Position numbers and translations under genes: made by a program. The notes under the pieces were generated by a model that saw only the letters and a program-made list of their open reading frames with translations, ran no database searches and was not told the DNA's origin. Shown in pieces: positions 17,158 through 21,785 of a DNA stretch of 21,785 bases; position 1 is the first letter of the stretch; every line of letters begins with the position of its first letter. Origin of the DNA: Nitrososphaerota archaeon (GTDB lineage: Archaea > Thermoproteota > Nitrososphaeria > Nitrososphaerales > UBA57); assembly GCA_013378385.1 (NCBI GenBank), contig JACAFS010000013.1:1-21785 (forward strand), written 5' to 3'.

Positions 17158-18435
17158 ATGGATAGTGTCATTGTAAAACCCTCAATCCTTAAAGGAACTA
17201 TAAAACCCCCAAATAGCAAAAGTTACACTCATCGAGCACTTTGTTTAAGTGTATTATCTAGTTCTCCTACTCTGATTGTTGATCCATTGCTCTCTCGTGA
17301 TACTCAGGCAACCCTAACTTCATGCATAAATCTTGGCGCTGAAGTTAATAATCTTGAATCTTCGTTGGACTTTAATCCTCCTTCAGTATTATCTAATCCT
17401 GGAAAATTTCACGTAGAAAACTCTGGAACTACTCTGCGTTTCTTAACTTCTATTTCTGCTTTAGTCCCTGAAGGTTCAATTAAACTCGACGGCGATTCTA
17501 GTATTCAGAAACGCCCTATGCAACCCTTGATTAATTCTCTAAATGACCTTGGCGTCTCTTGTAAATCTATCACCGACGACGGAACACCTCCTATTATTGT
17601 TGAAGGAGGCGGAATACGAGGCGGCTATACCGAGATCTCTGGCTCAATATCTTCACAATTCATCTCATCCTTGTTAATTTCATGTTCCAAAGCTGATAAT
17701 GAAACTACTATTAAATTAATTGAACCAGTTGTATCTGGACCATATATTGATTCTACTCTTTTTATGATTGATAAATTCGGTGGACTAGTTACAAAAAATA
17801 ATAATTTGTTTACAGTTGAACCCAGTAAATATTCTTGTAATAAAATTAATATTCCTAGTGATTTCTCAGCAGCTGCATTTCTTTTTGCCGGAGCAATACT
17901 TTCTCATGGTGAAATTACAGTAATTATGGATGGACAAGATATGCCTCAATCCGATAGAAATATTCTAAATATTATTTCTCAAATGGGCGCCTCTGTAATA
18001 AATAATGACGATTCATCATTTACTGTCTCCTCCGAAGGCAATCTGAACGGCGGAACTTTTGACTTATCTTCATGTCCTGATTTATTACCTGCTGTTTCTG
18101 TCTTGTCATTAATTTCATCTAATTCTGTTAAAATTACTGGCATTGAACATACTAAGTATAAAGAATCAAATCGTCTGAAACTTATTTCATCGGAATTAAA
18201 GAAAACTGGAGCTAATATAATTGAATCTAACGATACCTTGATTATCGAAGCTCCAAATTCTATAAAACCCTGTAGGCTTAATTCTTATGACGACCATAGA
18301 CTATTTATGGCATTCTCATTAATCGGCCTAAATTCAGAGGGAATTGAAGTTATTGGAAGACAAAGTATTGATGTTTCTTATCCTAATTTTATTGACGATA
18401 TAAATTCACTCTCAGGAAAACTGGCGATTAATTGA
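17158..18435 (+). CDS. aroA: 5-enolpyruvylshikimate-3-phosphate (EPSP) synthase
   Basis: PPNSKSYTHRAL, ENSGTTLRFL, KYKESNRL, DDHRLFMAF. Start is ATG 17158, with ATG 17137 as the alternative. Confidence 0.93.
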   Translation: MDSVIVKPSILKGTIKPPNSKSYTHRALCLSVLSSSPTLIVDPLLSRDTQATLTSCINLGAEVNNLESSLDFNPPSVLSNPGKFHVENSGTTLRFLTSISALVPEGSIKLDGDSSIQKRPMQPLINSLNDLGVSCKSITDDGTPPIIVEGGGIRGGYTEISGSISSQFISSLLISCSKADNETTIKLIEPVVSGPYIDSTLFMIDKFGGLVTKNNNLFTVEPSKYSCNKINIPSDFSAAAFLFAGAILSHGEITVIMDGQDMPQSDRNILNIISQMGASVINNDDSSFTVSSEGNLNGGTFDLSSCPDLLPAVSVLSLISSNSVKITGIEHTKYKESNRLKLISSELKKTGANIIESNDTLIIEAPNSIKPCRLNSYDDHRLFMAFSLIGLNSEGIEVIGRQSIDVSYPNFIDDINSLSGKLAIN

Positions 18436-19529
18436 TGACTTGGAGTACTCTTGGCGAACGTTTTGCATTGACTGTTTTTGGCGAAAGTCACGGACATTCA
18501 ATTGGCTGTGTTATCAGTGGATGCCCTTCTGGAATTCCGATTACTGTAAAAGAAATACAAAAAGAACTAGACCTTAGAAAACCTGGTATATCTAAACTCA
18601 CTACTCAGAGAAAAGAACAAGACCGAGTTGAAATATTATCTGGCATTTTTAACGACCATACAACAGGTTCTCCAATATGTATGACTATCAAAAATAAGGA
18701 TACTAGATCTGAAGATTACGACAATATTATGAAAACCCCGCGTCCTGGGCACGCCGATTTCACAGCATGGGAAAAATATGGCGGATTTAATGATTATCGT
18801 GGCGGCGGACATTTCTCTGCTCGACTTACTGCCTGTTTTGTCATGGGTGGCGTAGTTGCAAAAAAACTACTAAAAACAAGTTTTAACACGGATATTATTG
18901 CTTATGTGAAAGAAATTGGAAAGATCAAATCATCATCTAATTTCAAATCTGCCAAGAAAAATCGATATTCCAACGACGTCAGATGCCCTGACTCAATAAT
19001 TGCAAAAAAGATGTCTAATGCTATAATTAAAGCAAGAAGATCTGGAGATAGTCTGGGAGGCGTTATAGAGTGTCAAATAATTAATGTCCCTGTTGGCCTT
19101 GGCGAACCTATATTCTCTGCACTTGATTCAGAAATCAGTCGTGCTATGTTCTCTATTCCTGCTGTCAAAGGCGTTGAATTTGGTAAAGGCTTTGAATCTA
19201 CTAAAATACTTGGTTCTGAGAATAATGACCAATATTCAGTTACTAGAAAAAAAATTACTACTAAAACCAACAATTCTGGAGGTATCTTGGGAGGCATATC
19301 TAATGGAATGCCTATTGAATTCAGAATTGCATTTAAACCTCCTTCATCAATATTGAAGAAACAATCTTCATTTAATCTTAAATCAAAAAAGGCCGAAGAC
19401 CTCGTTGTAAAGGGTCGACATGATCCATGTGTATTGCCCAGAGCTGTGCCAATTGTTGAAAGTGTAGCTGCTTTAGTGCTTGCTGATCATGGTTTACGCT
19501 CTGGACAAATAAACTCTGTTATTAAATAG
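18435..19529 (+). CDS. aroC: Chorismate synthase
   Basis: FGESHG, RPGHADF, GGGHFSAR, GRHDPCV. The ATG at 18435 overlaps the aroA TGA by 1 nt. Confidence 0.95.
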   Translation: MTWSTLGERFALTVFGESHGHSIGCVISGCPSGIPITVKEIQKELDLRKPGISKLTTQRKEQDRVEILSGIFNDHTTGSPICMTIKNKDTRSEDYDNIMKTPRPGHADFTAWEKYGGFNDYRGGGHFSARLTACFVMGGVVAKKLLKTSFNTDIIAYVKEIGKIKSSSNFKSAKKNRYSNDVRCPDSIIAKKMSNAIIKARRSGDSLGGVIECQIINVPVGLGEPIFSALDSEISRAMFSIPAVKGVEFGKGFESTKILGSENNDQYSVTRKKITTKTNNSGGILGGISNGMPIEFRIAFKPPSSILKKQSSFNLKSKKAEDLVVKGRHDPCVLPRAVPIVESVAALVLADHGLRSGQINSVIK

Positions 19530-20680
19530 TGGTTGATTTGAACGACAAGAATAAACTAAAACAATCCAGAAAATCTATTGAAAAAATCACTATTGAAATC
19601 CTAGATCTTCTTTCTCAGCGTCTTGAATTAGGTCGTGAAGTTGCCGTTTTAAAAAATAACTTAAACTTGCCACTGGTTGATCCTGCTCAAGAACAAAGAT
19701 TATACAAATCCATACAAAAAGAATCCGAATCTCTTAATCTGAATAAAAATTTCAGTAAAAATCTCTTGAAATTAATTATAGACGAAACTATTTCCCGCGA
19801 ACAGGATCATTTGATGAAACTCAGAACTCCACAAAAGAAGAAGATTGGAATTATTGGCGCTAGTGGAAATATGGGCAAGTGGTTTACAAAATACTTCTCT
19901 GAAAATGGCTATTCAGTTGGTCTTTACAGCAGAAAGTTAAAAACAAAAAAAAGCCAAAAATCTAATATCTTCAGATCTATTCGAGACTGTGTTCTTCAAT
20001 CTGACATTATTGTTATAAGTGTTCCAATTGAAACTACTAACAAAATTATTAATGACGTATTAAAACACTCTGACGGCACTAAGACTATTATTGAGATCTC
20101 ATCTATGAAAAAACAAATAGTTTCTAACCTGAAAAAATTATCTCATAATTCTACTAAGTTAATGAGTATTCATCCATTATTCGGTCCTGGCGCAAATGTA
20201 TTCAAACCTCAGAAATTCATTCTCGTTCCAATTAAATCTGCAATATCTGAAAAAAAACTATTCAATTCTCTATTTCCAAATTCTAAATTGGTAGTCTGTA
20301 ACGCTAATCAACATGACAAATCTATGGCTTATGTTATATCGCTTGTTTATTTTCTTAATTTATCATTCATATTATCGCTAGATAAAATTCCCCATCTAAA
20401 AGATATTTCTGGAACTTCATTTACTATCCAATATTTACTCGCATCTGGCATACTACATGATAGTCCGGAAGTAATCTCTTCCTTACAAATTAGCAACGAA
20501 CAATTTAACGAAGTTTTGTTAAATTTTACTTCCAATGTTAATTCTATTGAGAATTTAATTGCTAAAAACGATAATGATCAATTCATTAAAATAATCAAAA
20601 AAGTTAAAAAACAAATAATATCTAACCAAAAATCATACGAAGATCTCTATCAATTAGTAAATAGTATAGATTCCTTCTAA
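19529..20680 (+). CDS. tyrA: Bifunctional chorismate mutase (AroQ type) / prephenate dehydrogenase
   Basis: The N-terminal ~95 aa are helical and CM-like (ILDLLSQRLELGREVAVLK...PLVDPAQEQRL). A Rossmann motif KIGIIGASGNMG and a PDH-length domain follow. The GTG start overlaps the aroC TAG by 1 nt. Confidence 0.82.
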   Translation: MVDLNDKNKLKQSRKSIEKITIEILDLLSQRLELGREVAVLKNNLNLPLVDPAQEQRLYKSIQKESESLNLNKNFSKNLLKLIIDETISREQDHLMKLRTPQKKKIGIIGASGNMGKWFTKYFSENGYSVGLYSRKLKTKKSQKSNIFRSIRDCVLQSDIIVISVPIETTNKIINDVLKHSDGTKTIIEISSMKKQIVSNLKKLSHNSTKLMSIHPLFGPGANVFKPQKFILVPIKSAISEKKLFNSLFPNSKLVVCNANQHDKSMAYVISLVYFLNLSFILSLDKIPHLKDISGTSFTIQYLLASGILHDSPEVISSLQISNEQFNEVLLNFTSNVNSIENLIAKNDNDQFIKIIKKVKKQIISNQKSYEDLYQLVNSIDSF

Positions 20681-20689
20681 TAACAAATC

Positions 20690-20696
20690 TTTATAT
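20690..20696 (+). promoter_or_regulatory. TATA-box-like element, candidate rRNA operon promoter
   Basis: TTTATAT lies 10 nt after the tyrA stop. The predicted TSS ~26 nt downstream (~20719) coincides with the start of the GC-rich leader. The core CTTTATAT is the same as upstream of sufC. Confidence 0.4.
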
Positions 20697-20720
20697 CCTG
20701 AATACCCGTAAATAAATTTC

Positions 20721-20800
20721 TGCGTTTCGCTTGGCGGCGTCGTAGTTGAGTTACGCACGGAGATTGCTAACGCAATGAGATTACGACCTCCAGATTCGCA
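20721..20800 (+). other. GC-rich, self-complementary pre-rRNA leader element (5' ETS structure or small RNA)
   Basis: GGCGGCGTCGTAG (20733-20745) pairs with TTACGACCTCC (20781-20791) with two 1-nt bulges. TGCG (20721-24) pairs with CGCA (20797-800). The apical hairpin is ATTGC-TAAC-GCAAT (20763-76). Composition differs strongly from all other noncoding DNA here. Confidence 0.4.
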
Positions 20801-20879
20801 AACAAAAATGACGATTCAATATAATTTGAATCTGATATATGATATCTTGTTTTAGAATTTAAAACTGTACTTCCAATGT

Positions 20880-21785
<906 letters not shown>

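Noticed and set aside
20733-20805. Possible tRNA or tRNA-like gene in the GC-rich patch upstream of the 16S (GGCGGCG start, U at position 8, D-arm-like CGTAG/TTACG).
   Set aside because: There is no complementary 3' acceptor strand (CGCCGCC), no 7-nt anticodon loop (the central hairpin has a 4-nt loop), and no T-arm with a GTTCRANYC-like loop.
20717-20805. H/ACA guide sRNA: a hairpin with an internal loop followed by ACA (20802-04) and GA dinucleotides flanking the apical stem.
   Set aside because: The lower stem is only ~4 bp and the internal loop is small and asymmetric. The ACA-to-pocket distance is shorter than the ~14-15 nt rule, and the GA pairs do not assemble into a proper K-turn with a flanking canonical stem. 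It cannot be excluded without target and covariation analysis, but it is not supported.

Overview
The window is AT-rich archaeal chromosome, roughly two-thirds A+T outside the rRNA by eye. It is almost entirely coding and carries core housekeeping genes. The partial 16S rRNA at the 3' end has archaeal, Nitrososphaeria/Thaumarchaeota-like signatures, and the archaeal-type shikimate entry enzymes fit that assignment. Gene order: (1) a purine operon on the + strand, purF (3' fragment)-purD-purE-purC-purM; (2) a CysK/CysM-family cysteine synthase on the - strand, divergent from a compact sufC-sufS-sufU operon; (3) an aCPSF2-type beta-CASP RNase (-), a PAC2-family protein (+), archaeosine tRNA-guanine transglycosylase (-), an orphan 103-aa ORF (+) and cysS (-); (4) an eight-gene shikimate/chorismate operon on the + strand whose gene order follows reaction order, aroA'-aroB'-aroD-aroE-aroK-aroA-aroC-CM/PDH; (5) a predicted rRNA promoter, a GC-rich structured leader and the first ~906 nt of 16S rRNA. 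Genes are packed tightly. Same-strand neighbours overlap by 1-11 nt, three convergent pairs overlap at their stop codons, several starts are TTG or GTG, and TATA-like boxes sit ~26-30 nt upstream of several start codons, which suggests leaderless or near-leaderless mRNAs. I see no CRISPR array, mobile element, tRNA, defence-type or other accessory gene cluster, and no convincing evidence for a novel multi-gene system. The items worth a second look are small: the self-folding GC-rich element upstream of the 16S, the sufCSU operon without sufB or sufD, the Cys-rich tail on the cysteine synthase, the orphan small protein, and a few candidate operator motifs. All functional calls rest on motif recognition by eye. 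No database search was run.
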